Virus record (IMG/VR): IMGVR_UViG_3300031644_001201
Location: 1 to 29,823 of that record
Length of the DNA: 29,823 nucleotides
Origin: a virus
Taxonomy: Duplodnaviria; Caudoviricetes
Strand: one strand, 5' to 3'
This document shows, one piece after another, positions 1 through 7,316 of the stretch; positions within the stretch are counted from its first letter, which is position 1; each line of letters begins with the position of its first letter. The position numbers were made by a program, and so were the translations under genes. The notes beneath the pieces were generated by a model. The model did no database searches and was not told where the DNA came from. It saw only the letters and a program-made list of their open reading frames with translations.

Positions 1-663
1 TCAGAGCCTCCTCACGACTGCGATCACGCGACCAAAGATGTGTAGCTCACCATCGTGCGCCACCTCGGGCGGGACGTTGGGGTTGTCGCTCAATATCTTA
101 ACGCTGCCGTCAGGCATAGGGCGAAGGCGCTTGATCATCCCGGTCTGGCCGTAAGCTATGGCCCAATAGAGATCGCTGAAGTTGGAGCCAATTGCTGAGC
201 GGTCGATCAGGATGACATCACCATCGCCGATCGTGGGCTCCATGGAATTGCCCAAGCCCTTGGCCCAGTAAAGCCGATCAGGCGGGCTGCGGGTGATGGA
301 GCGGAGCCAATCGCGCGGAAACAGCATGGTATCGACTTCATGCTCGACAATCTCGCTGTCCATGAAGGCTGCGCCAAGGCCGAAGTTGAGATCAATCGCG
401 GCAATTTCGACCATCTCGGGCGCAGGTTGTTCGAAGCTGGCGAGCGCGGCGGCCCCGGCGCGGGTCCAACCCGGGAACTTGGGAAAGGCACCCTGCAGCT
501 TCTCAATGGTGCGCTGGCTTAGACGAGTATCCACGATGCCCTTCACGGGCTTCCGCAGGGTCTCAGGGTCTACTTTTGCGCGCTTGGCGACTTCGGTCAG
601 GCTTACCCCGGCGTATTGGACCAGCGCTGTTATCAGCGCGGCGTCTTTCTCTACCCCTGACAT
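1..663 (-). CDS. CI/LexA-type phage repressor (N-terminal HTH + S24 peptidase)
   Basis: HTH SLTEVAKRAKVDPETLRK; S24 motifs GNSMEP (Ser) and IKRL (Lys), ILSDNP, IFGRV; divergent from a Cro-like gene. Confidence 0.92.
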   Translation of the reverse strand: MSGVEKDAALITALVQYAGVSLTEVAKRAKVDPETLRKPVKGIVDTRLSQRTIEKLQGAFPKFPGWTRAGAAALASFEQPAPEMVEIAAIDLNFGLGAAFMDSEIVEHEVDTMLFPRDWLRSITRSPPDRLYWAKGLGNSMEPTIGDGDVILIDRSAIGSNFSDLYWAIAYGQTGMIKRLRPMPDGSVKILSDNPNVPPEVAHDGELHIFGRVIAVVRRL

Positions 664-686
664 GGTGTGGCGCTAGCAAATAAAAT

Positions 687-749
687 TCCGAACACGTATC
701 CGAGATTTCTCCGTTTACAGCACGAGATTTCTCCGATATTCGTTCGGAC
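687..749. promoter_or_regulatory. Immunity region: divergent promoters and candidate operators
   Basis: CGAGATTTCTCCG at 701-713 and 723-735; TCCGAAC (687-693)/GTTCGGA (742-748) inverted pair; TTTACA (714-719)-17 nt-TATTCG (737-742) just ahead of ATG 750. Confidence 0.7.
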
Positions 750-1001
750 ATGGACCAGCAAACAATCGTTCAGGACATTGCCCGGCGCGCCAAGGCGTCT
801 CGCGTGTCCATCGCCGGGCTCTGCCGCCGTGCAGGTATCCACCCAGACACCTTCCACAACTGGAAGAAGACGGCGCGGAACCCCAATCCGCCGGGAGCGA
901 ACCTGCATTCGGTCGGGGCGCTCTATCGCGAGCTCGACAAGATCGACGCCGAGGATGCCAAGCGGCTGGCCCGGCGCGGTGGCAAGGCGGTGGCGGCATG
1001 A
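750..1001 (+). CDS. Cro/Ner-like HTH regulator
   Basis: 83 aa; SIAGLCRRAGIHPDTFHNWK HTH; first gene divergent from repressor. Confidence 0.85.
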   Translation: MDQQTIVQDIARRAKASRVSIAGLCRRAGIHPDTFHNWKKTARNPNPPGANLHSVGALYRELDKIDAEDAKRLARRGGKAVAA

Positions 1002-1273
1002 GCGCGCGCGGTTCATTGCCCCTTCCTCCCGAAGGCAAGGGTCTCGGGCGCTTCGCCAGCGCGGCGCATGCTGCATGGCTGAAGGCAGAAAGTCTGCGCC
1101 TCGCCGCGCTGTTCGGCATCGAGCATAGCGACGCGGTGACGATTGCGCGGCACTTCCGCGCGTATCCCGATCAGCGGCGGTCGGACGACCTCACCAAGCA
1201 CTGTGCGCTGACCTTGCGCGCTCGCAAGCGGTTCATGTCGCCCAGCAGCGGCAAGGCGGTGGCGGTATGAGCG
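981..1273 (+). repeat. 24-nt direct repeat GGCAAGGCGGTGGCGG(C/T)ATGAGCG at 981-1004 and 1250-1273
   Basis: 23/24 identical; each copy spans a stop/start (ATGA) junction. Confidence 0.85.
998..1270 (+). CDS. Hypothetical early protein
   Basis: ATGA-coupled to both neighbours. Confidence 0.65.
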   Translation: MSARGSLPLPPEGKGLGRFASAAHAAWLKAESLRLAALFGIEHSDAVTIARHFRAYPDQRRSDDLTKHCALTLRARKRFMSPSSGKAVAV

Positions 1274-1776
1274 GCGGCGGCTTCTTCGATAGGGCGCGGG
1301 CCAAGGCTGCGGCGTCTGGTGCAAGGGGTGGCTCCGAGCGTTTGCGACTGGCGCGGCTGAACGCTGCCGACCGTCCTGCGGACGCCGGTTTCGCGTCGAT
1401 AGCGGCAGCGCAGTTGGTGATCCGCAGGCTGAAGCTGCGGGCGGCATTAAACGATGCGCGCAAGTCAATCGAAGCACTGCTCGACAGCCTCGACCAGCAG
1501 ACGCAGGCGGATCGCGACGCGGTCTCTGCGTTGTTTGATCAAGCTGGGAATCTGATCCCGGACGCCGCTGAGTGTGTGCAGGGTAACCGCTCGGTCAATC
1601 CCATCGGTGGCGATGATGTGCGAGAGAAGGAGTTGCTGGAGGGCGTAAACCTGATCCTGCAGCTCCTCGATACGCTCGGCGTCGGTCTTCGGCATGGGCT
1701 GTTCTCCTCCAGTGAGAGGGCAAGGTCTAACCGGCCCGAAAGTGCCGCGCATCGTCTAAGTGGGGGTGTGGAATGA
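1267..1776 (+). CDS. Hypothetical early protein (overlaps an antisense ORF)
   Basis: ATGA-coupled at both ends; 3' part may be shaped by the antisense gene. Confidence 0.45.
   Translation: MSGGGFFDRARAKAAASGARGGSERLRLARLNAADRPADAGFASIAAAQLVIRRLKLRAALNDARKSIEALLDSLDQQTQADRDAVSALFDQAGNLIPDAAECVQGNRSVNPIGGDDVREKELLEGVNLILQLLDTLGVGLRHGLFSSSERARSNRPESAAHRLSGGVE
1465..1695 (-). CDS. Antisense small helical protein (76 aa, MPKTDAERIEELQDQVYALQQLLLSHII...)
   Basis: Strong RBS GGAGGAGA upstream of ATG 1695 on minus strand; natural amphipathic composition. Confidence 0.6.
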   Translation of the reverse strand: MPKTDAERIEELQDQVYALQQLLLSHIIATDGIDRAVTLHTLSGVRDQIPSLIKQRRDRVAIRLRLLVEAVEQCFD

Positions 1777-2798
1777 ACGCTCGTTCCAAGGGGCGCGCGG
1801 TGCGCGCCGACGCCCGCGTGATCAGCATCGATCCTGCCGACATCTTCATCCCCGAGCGCATCGGGTTTCTGCATCAGGACAAGGCTGCGGCGCTTGGCCG
1901 GTTGATGGCGGTGGATGGCCAGCGCGATCCGATCAAGGTGGTGCGGGTATTTCCGAGCAAGACGGTGGAGCAGTGCAAGGCCGAAGGCAACCGCCCTTGG
2001 CGTCTGGTGGTGGGTATGCACCGGCTGCAAGGTTGCATCCTCGAAGGGATCGAGGTGCTGGCCATTGAGGTCAAGGGCAAGCCCGAGGAGCTGGCCGAGC
2101 TTGAAGCTTCGGAAAACATTGACCGGCGCGATATTGGGCCGCTGGAAAAGGCCAAGTTCGTGGCTGCGATTGCCGATGCAGCGCGGGCGCGGGTGGCGGC
2201 GGAGCATGGCGAAGACCTGAGCAACCAGCAGCTGGCCATCAGGGCGCGCTGGGCGCGGGCAAATGACCCTTCGGCAGGCCTTCAGGGGCTGGAAAGGGCC
2301 ATCGAAGAGGAGACCGATGATACGTGTTCACAAAGTGAACGCGTATATGGGTGGCAGCAATCGGTTCGAGATGCATTCGGGCTTGGCCGCACTCAGACAT
2401 GGCAGTTCATTAAGCTCTACCGGATGCTGGTTCAGCCGTTCCCGGCGCTTGCCGAGCCGCTGGCCAAGCACCCGGTGGTGGGCGCAAACCTGACCCAGTT
2501 ACTCAAGATCGCCAGCCAACAGGATGAAGGCATTCGCGGCCGGGTGATTGAGGCGCTGATCGGCGACAACACGCTCACCGCTGACGCTGCGATCCTGCAA
2601 TTCGGCCAAACTGCACGAAGCGCGCCGCAGCGCGAAATGTACGCGCACGAGAAGCAATGGAGCGCGGTCCACAACAACTGGAAGAACATGGGCCTCACCC
2701 ACAAGCGCCAGTATCTGCCGAAACTTCTTTCGATGCTGACGCCCGATCTTAAGCGCGAGGCGCGCGATCTCCTTAACGAGGAGCTGGGCGATGCGTGA
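1773..2798 (+). CDS. ParB N-terminal domain protein with central HTH
   Basis: GQRDPIKV, WRLVVGMHRL, EASENIDRRDIGPLEKA resemble ParB/Srx motifs; HTH-like VRDAFGLGRTQTWQFIK. Confidence 0.85.
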   Translation: MNARSKGRAVRADARVISIDPADIFIPERIGFLHQDKAAALGRLMAVDGQRDPIKVVRVFPSKTVEQCKAEGNRPWRLVVGMHRLQGCILEGIEVLAIEVKGKPEELAELEASENIDRRDIGPLEKAKFVAAIADAARARVAAEHGEDLSNQQLAIRARWARANDPSAGLQGLERAIEEETDDTCSQSERVYGWQQSVRDAFGLGRTQTWQFIKLYRMLVQPFPALAEPLAKHPVVGANLTQLLKIASQQDEGIRGRVIEALIGDNTLTADAAILQFGQTARSAPQREMYAHEKQWSAVHNNWKNMGLTHKRQYLPKLLSMLTPDLKREARDLLNEELGDA

Positions 2799-3093
2799 AA
2801 GCAGAACGCAGCGTGCCGCCATAGTCATTGGTCGGGCCTCGGAGGAGCACAAAGAAAAGGCGCTGCGCCGGTGGCTAGCAGTCATCGAGACACAGATGCT
2901 TCAGGCCATGGGCCATACCGCCTGTTCCGCTGTGGTCGAAGTCGCTGTCCGACATGGAGTGTCTTCCAGTGCGATCTGGAGATGGCGCAGATTGGTTTAC
3001 GGCGAATACGAGCCGGTCCCCCAGCTTCGTTGCCTGCTCGACCAACGCGCAATCCGCAATTCCGAAATCCTGTCGCTTGAGGCGGTGCTGTGA
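2791..3093 (+). CDS. Stand-alone MuA I-beta-like HTH DNA-binding protein
   Basis: Gapless alignment to the transposase segment at 5680-5832, 18/51 identical by hand; RBS GAGGAG upstream. Confidence 0.7.
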   Translation: MRESRTQRAAIVIGRASEEHKEKALRRWLAVIETQMLQAMGHTACSAVVEVAVRHGVSSSAIWRWRRLVYGEYEPVPQLRCLLDQRAIRNSEILSLEAVL

Positions 3094-3230
3094 AGCCGCC
3101 GCTGCCCAGCGAGGCCGCGATTGCGCGCGAGATGAAGGAGACCGGGCTCGACCGGTTCCCGGCGATCCGCCGCATCCAGCAGCGCCGTGCGCTGACCGAA
3201 CAGCTTGAGAAGGGGAGGCTCTCCAAGTGA
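3090..3230 (+). CDS. Small hypothetical protein (46 aa; not in ORF track)
   Basis: GTG start overlapping upstream TGA; stop overlaps next GTG; MKPPLPSEAAIAREMKETGLDRFPAIRRIQQRRALTEQLEKGRLSK. Confidence 0.6.
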   Translation: MKPPLPSEAAIAREMKETGLDRFPAIRRIQQRRALTEQLEKGRLSK

Positions 3231-3724
3231 CGATGCTTGCGCCAAGGGAGCAGCAATTGCTGCGCTTCATCATCGGTTTTCAGGCCGCGCATGGGTTTGC
3301 CCCAAGCTACATCGAAATGGCGGATGGCATCGGCTTTTCCAGCACCGGCGATCTGGCCCGCTTGCTCGATAAGCTTGAAGACGAAGGCCATATCCGCCGC
3401 CTGTTCAGGCGCGCCCGTTCGGTTGAGGTGCTGGCCAGGCTGCCGATCCCGCAGGCACCGGACGGGTCGCCGCTTTATCTGGTGCCGGGTGTTCCCAAGG
3501 CGCTTCGTCTCACTCCCATGCAGAAAGCCGCTCTGGCTTTCATAACTGCATACCACCGCGATTTCGGCGTCAGGCCGACGCTGGATCAGATAGCCGACGG
3601 CGCGAAGCTCCGTTCGCATCAGGCAGCGTTCGCGATTGTGTGCCGCCTGCAGGAGCTCGGGCTGATCAAGACGCGCGAAGGCGGCAAGCGCGTGCTGAAG
3701 CCCGCAATCGAGGAGATCGTGTGA
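3227..3724 (+). CDS. Protein with two tandem LexA-type winged-helix DNA-binding domains, no peptidase
   Basis: LAPREQQLLRFI...GFAPSYIEMA...LEDEGHIRR...ARSVEVL and LTPMQKAALAFI...GVRPTLDQIA...LQELGLIK; RBS GGAGG 3214-3218. Confidence 0.85.
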   Translation: MTMLAPREQQLLRFIIGFQAAHGFAPSYIEMADGIGFSSTGDLARLLDKLEDEGHIRRLFRRARSVEVLARLPIPQAPDGSPLYLVPGVPKALRLTPMQKAALAFITAYHRDFGVRPTLDQIADGAKLRSHQAAFAIVCRLQELGLIKTREGGKRVLKPAIEEIV

Positions 3725-3975
3725 TGCCCCGGTTTGCGAGCAAGGCCGAGTATTTCCGCCACCACCGCAAGGTGATGGAGCTGGCGATGGAGCTGGGCGT
3801 CACCCCGATCGAGGCCGAGGCGCGCATGAAGGCGGTCGCGGCGCGGGAGCGCCACCGGGCCAAGATGGCGCGGCGCGGCCTGCGTTCGGCGCTGCCGCCG
3901 CTGAGCCTGCGCCCCGAAGCGCCGCAGCCGGTGAGCTTCGACCAATTCGATGCCCGCTGGATGATGAGGGACTGA
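3724..3975 (+). CDS. Hypothetical protein
   Basis: ATG overlapping upstream TGA, RBS GAGGAG; MPRFASKAEYFRHHRK... Confidence 0.75.
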   Translation: MPRFASKAEYFRHHRKVMELAMELGVTPIEAEARMKAVAARERHRAKMARRGLRSALPPLSLRPEAPQPVSFDQFDARWMMRD

Positions 3976-3978
3976 GCG

Positions 3979-4329
3979 ATGGGTGCTGCCAAGCCTTGCC
4001 TCGGCTATCCGAGCCGCACCGCCGCCGTGATTGGCCTGCGCCAGCAGGGGCTCAGCACGCGGCAAATTGCCGAAAGCATCGGCATCGAGCCGAAGACAGT
4101 TCTGGCGCTTGAGGTGGGCGCATCGCGGCCCAAGCGCGAGCGGAGCGATTACGAATATCTTGGCCGCGCGGTGCTTGTGCCGACCGATGTGCTTGATGCG
4201 CTGGGGCCTCATGCCGCCAAGCGCGGAATCTCGGTGAACGGCCTTGCCCGCCTGATCATCAGCACAGTGGTCGATGAGGGCATGATCGACGCGGTGCTCG
4301 ATGACGACGCCGAATGGGGGCGCGCATGA
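3979..4329 (+). CDS. HTH + ribbon-helix-helix-like DNA-binding protein
   Basis: LRQQGLSTRQIAESIGIEPKTV (HTH) and VLVPTDVLDALGPHAAKRGISVNGLARLII (RHH-like). Confidence 0.7.
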   Translation: MGAAKPCLGYPSRTAAVIGLRQQGLSTRQIAESIGIEPKTVLALEVGASRPKRERSDYEYLGRAVLVPTDVLDALGPHAAKRGISVNGLARLIISTVVDEGMIDAVLDDDAEWGRA

Positions 4330-4592
4330 GCGAGCTCTTCATCACCCGCCATGCGATCCGCCGCTATCAGGAGCGCGTTGCCAATGTGCCTGCGCCCGAG
4401 GTGTGGCGCGCGCTGGATTGCCGGGCAGTGCAGCTTGCCATCCAGATGGGCGCGCATTTTGTGCGGCTGGCGGGCGGCCAGCGCGCAGTGCTGCGCGAGA
4501 ACCGCGTCGTCACCATCCTGCCCAAGGAAACGCACGAAAGCGCGCTCGATCCGCGGCGCGATCCCCTGTTCGAAGATGGGGGTGAGGCATGA
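4326..4592 (+). CDS. Hypothetical phage protein
   Basis: ATGA-coupled; ITRHAIRRYQERV...VVTIL pattern common in small phage proteins. Confidence 0.75.
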   Translation: MSELFITRHAIRRYQERVANVPAPEVWRALDCRAVQLAIQMGAHFVRLAGGQRAVLRENRVVTILPKETHESALDPRRDPLFEDGGEA

Positions 4593-4858
4593 GCCTCGGC
4601 AAGCTTCGCAAGCGCGAATTCAACATCACCAGCGAGCTGCTCGCCGATCTCGCCCGGATTTTCGATGCCAACCCCGGCGAAGGAACGCCGCGCGTCATTG
4701 GCTACTACGATCGGGCGGGCGCACTTCGCCGCATCGTCGCCACATATCCGAATGGCTGGACGGTGACCGGCAACGTGAACGCCAGAGGCTACGTCACCAG
4801 CACGCGGTTTCGCTGCACCTTCAAAGCGATGGTGAGGGAGATCAATGCCCAAGGCTAA
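4589..4858 (+). CDS. Hypothetical protein
   Basis: ATGA-coupled, RBS GAGG. Confidence 0.65.
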   Translation: MSLGKLRKREFNITSELLADLARIFDANPGEGTPRVIGYYDRAGALRRIVATYPNGWTVTGNVNARGYVTSTRFRCTFKAMVREINAQG

Positions 4859-5306
4859 GCCTCATCCCGGCCAGCTCGGCTTTGACTTCGCGGCTCCCGC
4901 GCCTGCCAAGGGCGTGGCCGAGCTGGCGGGGCTTGAGCGGCAGATCAATGCTCTCGTCGGCACGGTGCTGGCGAGCGATCCGCGCCCGCGTGAGGTTATC
5001 GCTGCGGAGATGAGCGTGCTGCTCGACGATCATGTCAGCCGCGCGATGCTCGATGCCTATTCTTCGCCAGCGCGAACCGATCACAAGGTTCCGGCCTCGC
5101 GCCTGCTTGCGCTGCTGGTGGTGACCGATCGGCAGGATCTGCTCGATCCGATCATGCGCAAGATCGGCGCGGCGCTGCTGGTCGGCGAGGAAGTGAAAAC
5201 CGCGCGGCTCGGCCACCTGCAGCAGCTGATCCAGGCGGCGCAGGCCGAGATGAAGTCGCTGAGGGCCGATGCCCCGCAAATCAGAGAAGGTGGTGAGGAT
5301 GTCTGA
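4845..5306 (+). CDS. Hypothetical protein upstream of transposase (probable DNA-binding)
   Basis: RBS GGGAG; REVIAAEMS...VSRAMLDAYSSPAR HTH-like segment; overlaps MuA start. Confidence 0.75.
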   Translation: MPKAKPHPGQLGFDFAAPAPAKGVAELAGLERQINALVGTVLASDPRPREVIAAEMSVLLDDHVSRAMLDAYSSPARTDHKVPASRLLALLVVTDRQDLLDPIMRKIGAALLVGEEVKTARLGHLQQLIQAAQAEMKSLRADAPQIREGGEDV

Positions 5307-7299
5307 GTTTTTGCGCCCTATCGCTCCGCTACTTGAGGGCAGTGGTGCGCGCATCAACGAGGTGCCGTTCGAGCAGGACGCCTGGTTCACCGCCAGCGAG
5401 CTCGAAGACCTCGGCCTGCCCGGCCTGCCCGGCGACAAGCGTTCGATCAACCGGCGCGCCCAGACCGAGCGCTGGACATCGCGGCTCGGCCCGGATGGCC
5501 AGCTGCTGGTCCGCAAGCGCTGCGGGCGCGGCGGTGGGGTGGAATTCCACGCCAGCCTGCTGCCCGGCGAAGCGCGCATCGAACTGGCGCGGCGCGGCCT
5601 GATCCGCACCCGGCCCGAACCGGCCAGCAATGGCCTCGCCAGCGCCTGGGCGTGGTTCGACAAGCAGCCCAAGAAGGTGAAGGCCGAGGCGCAGCGGCGG
5701 CTCGACATCATCACCGCCATTGCGCTGCTGTGCGAGGCGGGATCAACCCGCACCTCGGCGATCGCGCAGGCCTGCGATGATCACGGCATCAGCCGCGCCA
5801 CGATCTGGAACTGGCTGCGCGCCGTTGAAGGGATCGAGCGCAGCGATTGGCTGGTCGCGCTCGCCCCGCGTCGGCAGGGCGGCGGTTGTGTCGCCGAAAT
5901 CCACCCCGAGCTGTGGCAGATTTTCCGCAGCGATTTCCTGCGCCCCGCCGCGCCGACGCTGACGAGCTGTTATTACCGCGTCGTCAATATCGCCCGCGAA
6001 AGAGGCCTGAAAGTGGCTTCTGAGCGCACCTTCAGAAGGCGGCTGGAGCGCGAGGTTCCCGCCGAAGTCATCCGCCTGAAGCGCGAGGGCGAGGAAGCCC
6101 TGCGCCGTTCGATCCCCGCCCAGCGCCGCAGCGTGGCCGAGCTTCACGCGCTCGAATGGGTGAACATCGACGGGCACAAGTTCGATGTTTTCGTACAACT
6201 GCCCGATGGCCGGGTGATCCGCCCGATCCTTGTGGCGATTCAGGATATCTACAGCCGCAAATTCGTCGGCTGGCGGCTGGGCGGTGAGGAAAGCGCGATC
6301 CAGACCCGGCTCGCCTTCGCCGATGTGTTCCGGAACTTCGGAATCCCGGCGCATTGCACGCTCGACAATGGCCGGGCGTTCGCATCCAAGTGGATCACCG
6401 GCGGCGCGAAAAGCCGGTTCCGCTTCAAGATCAGCCCTGAAGAACCGACCGGCCTGCTGACCGGGCTTGGCGTTCGCATCCACTGGGCGCTGCCGTTTCG
6501 CGGCCAGTCCAAGCCGATCGAGCGGGGTTTCCGCGATCTGTGCGAAAGCATTGCCAAGCACCCGGCCTGCGAAGGTGCCTATACCGGCAACAACCCGCAG
6601 GCCAAGCCCGAGAATTACGGATCGAAGGCGGTTGCCTGGGATCGGTTTGTCGCGCTGGTGGATGAAGGCATCGCGCTGCACAACGCGCAGCCCGGCCGCC
6701 GCACCGAAATGGCGCAGGGCCGCAGCTTTGATGATGTGTTCGCCGAAAGCTATGCCGCTGCCCCCATCGGTAAGGCCACGCCCGAACAGCTGCGCATGGC
6801 GCTGCTGGCGGCAGAGAACCGCCTGATCAACCGCCAGACCGGCGAGATCGAGCTGCACGGCAACCGTTACTGGCACCCCGAGCTTTCGGCCCAGCGCGGC
6901 GAGCGGGTGACGGTGCGCTTCGATCCCGACAATCTGCATTCCGAGATCCACGTCTATGATCTGGAAGGCCGGTACATCACCGCCGCCGATCTGATCGCCG
7001 ACACCGGCTTTGGCGATGCTGCCGGGGCCAAGGAAGCGGCCAGACGCGTGGCCGATTATCGCAAGCGCGCCAAGGCCATGGCCGAGGCCGAAGATCTGCT
7101 TTCCGCCGAACAGATCGCCGATCTGCAGGCGGGCGCACGCCCCGCGCCGACACCCAGCGCCGGGATTGTTCGCCCGGTGCGCCACGCCGCCCACCAGGCG
7201 CGCCAGAACACCCCGAAAACAGAAGCGGCCAGCGCTGATGTGCTGCCGATCGACCGGATGCGGCTTGGCCTCGCCAAGTTCGCCGCTGGCCAGAATTAA
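5299..7299 (+). CDS. Mu-like transposase A (DDE)
   Basis: Mu-type N-terminal DNA-binding domain (WFTASEL...LPGLP...RGGGVEFH), HTH domains, catalytic IDGH / LDNGRAF / SKPIERGF, C-terminal VRFDPDNL; ATG 5299 preferred over 5269. Confidence 0.95.
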   Translation: MSEFLRPIAPLLEGSGARINEVPFEQDAWFTASELEDLGLPGLPGDKRSINRRAQTERWTSRLGPDGQLLVRKRCGRGGGVEFHASLLPGEARIELARRGLIRTRPEPASNGLASAWAWFDKQPKKVKAEAQRRLDIITAIALLCEAGSTRTSAIAQACDDHGISRATIWNWLRAVEGIERSDWLVALAPRRQGGGCVAEIHPELWQIFRSDFLRPAAPTLTSCYYRVVNIARERGLKVASERTFRRRLEREVPAEVIRLKREGEEALRRSIPAQRRSVAELHALEWVNIDGHKFDVFVQLPDGRVIRPILVAIQDIYSRKFVGWRLGGEESAIQTRLAFADVFRNFGIPAHCTLDNGRAFASKWITGGAKSRFRFKISPEEPTGLLTGLGVRIHWALPFRGQSKPIERGFRDLCESIAKHPACEGAYTGNNPQAKPENYGSKAVAWDRFVALVDEGIALHNAQPGRRTEMAQGRSFDDVFAESYAAAPIGKATPEQLRMALLAAENRLINRQTGEIELHGNRYWHPELSAQRGERVTVRFDPDNLHSEIHVYDLEGRYITAADLIADTGFGDAAGAKEAARRVADYRKRAKAMAEAEDLLSAEQIADLQAGARPAPTPSAGIVRPVRHAAHQARQNTPKTEAASADVLPIDRMRLGLAKFAAGQN

Positions 7300-7316
7300 A
7301 GGAGGACCAAAGCACC

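Noticed and set aside
664-749. Host LexA box in the immunity region
   Set aside because: GAAC and GTTC half-sites occur but not in the GTTC-N7-GTTC arrangement
3090-3975. Possible paralogy between the 46-aa ORF and the 3724-3975 ORF
   Set aside because: Only a loose E.G....A..R pattern; too short and weak to support
5743-7194. 483-aa minus-strand ORF
   Set aside because: Shadow of the transposase gene
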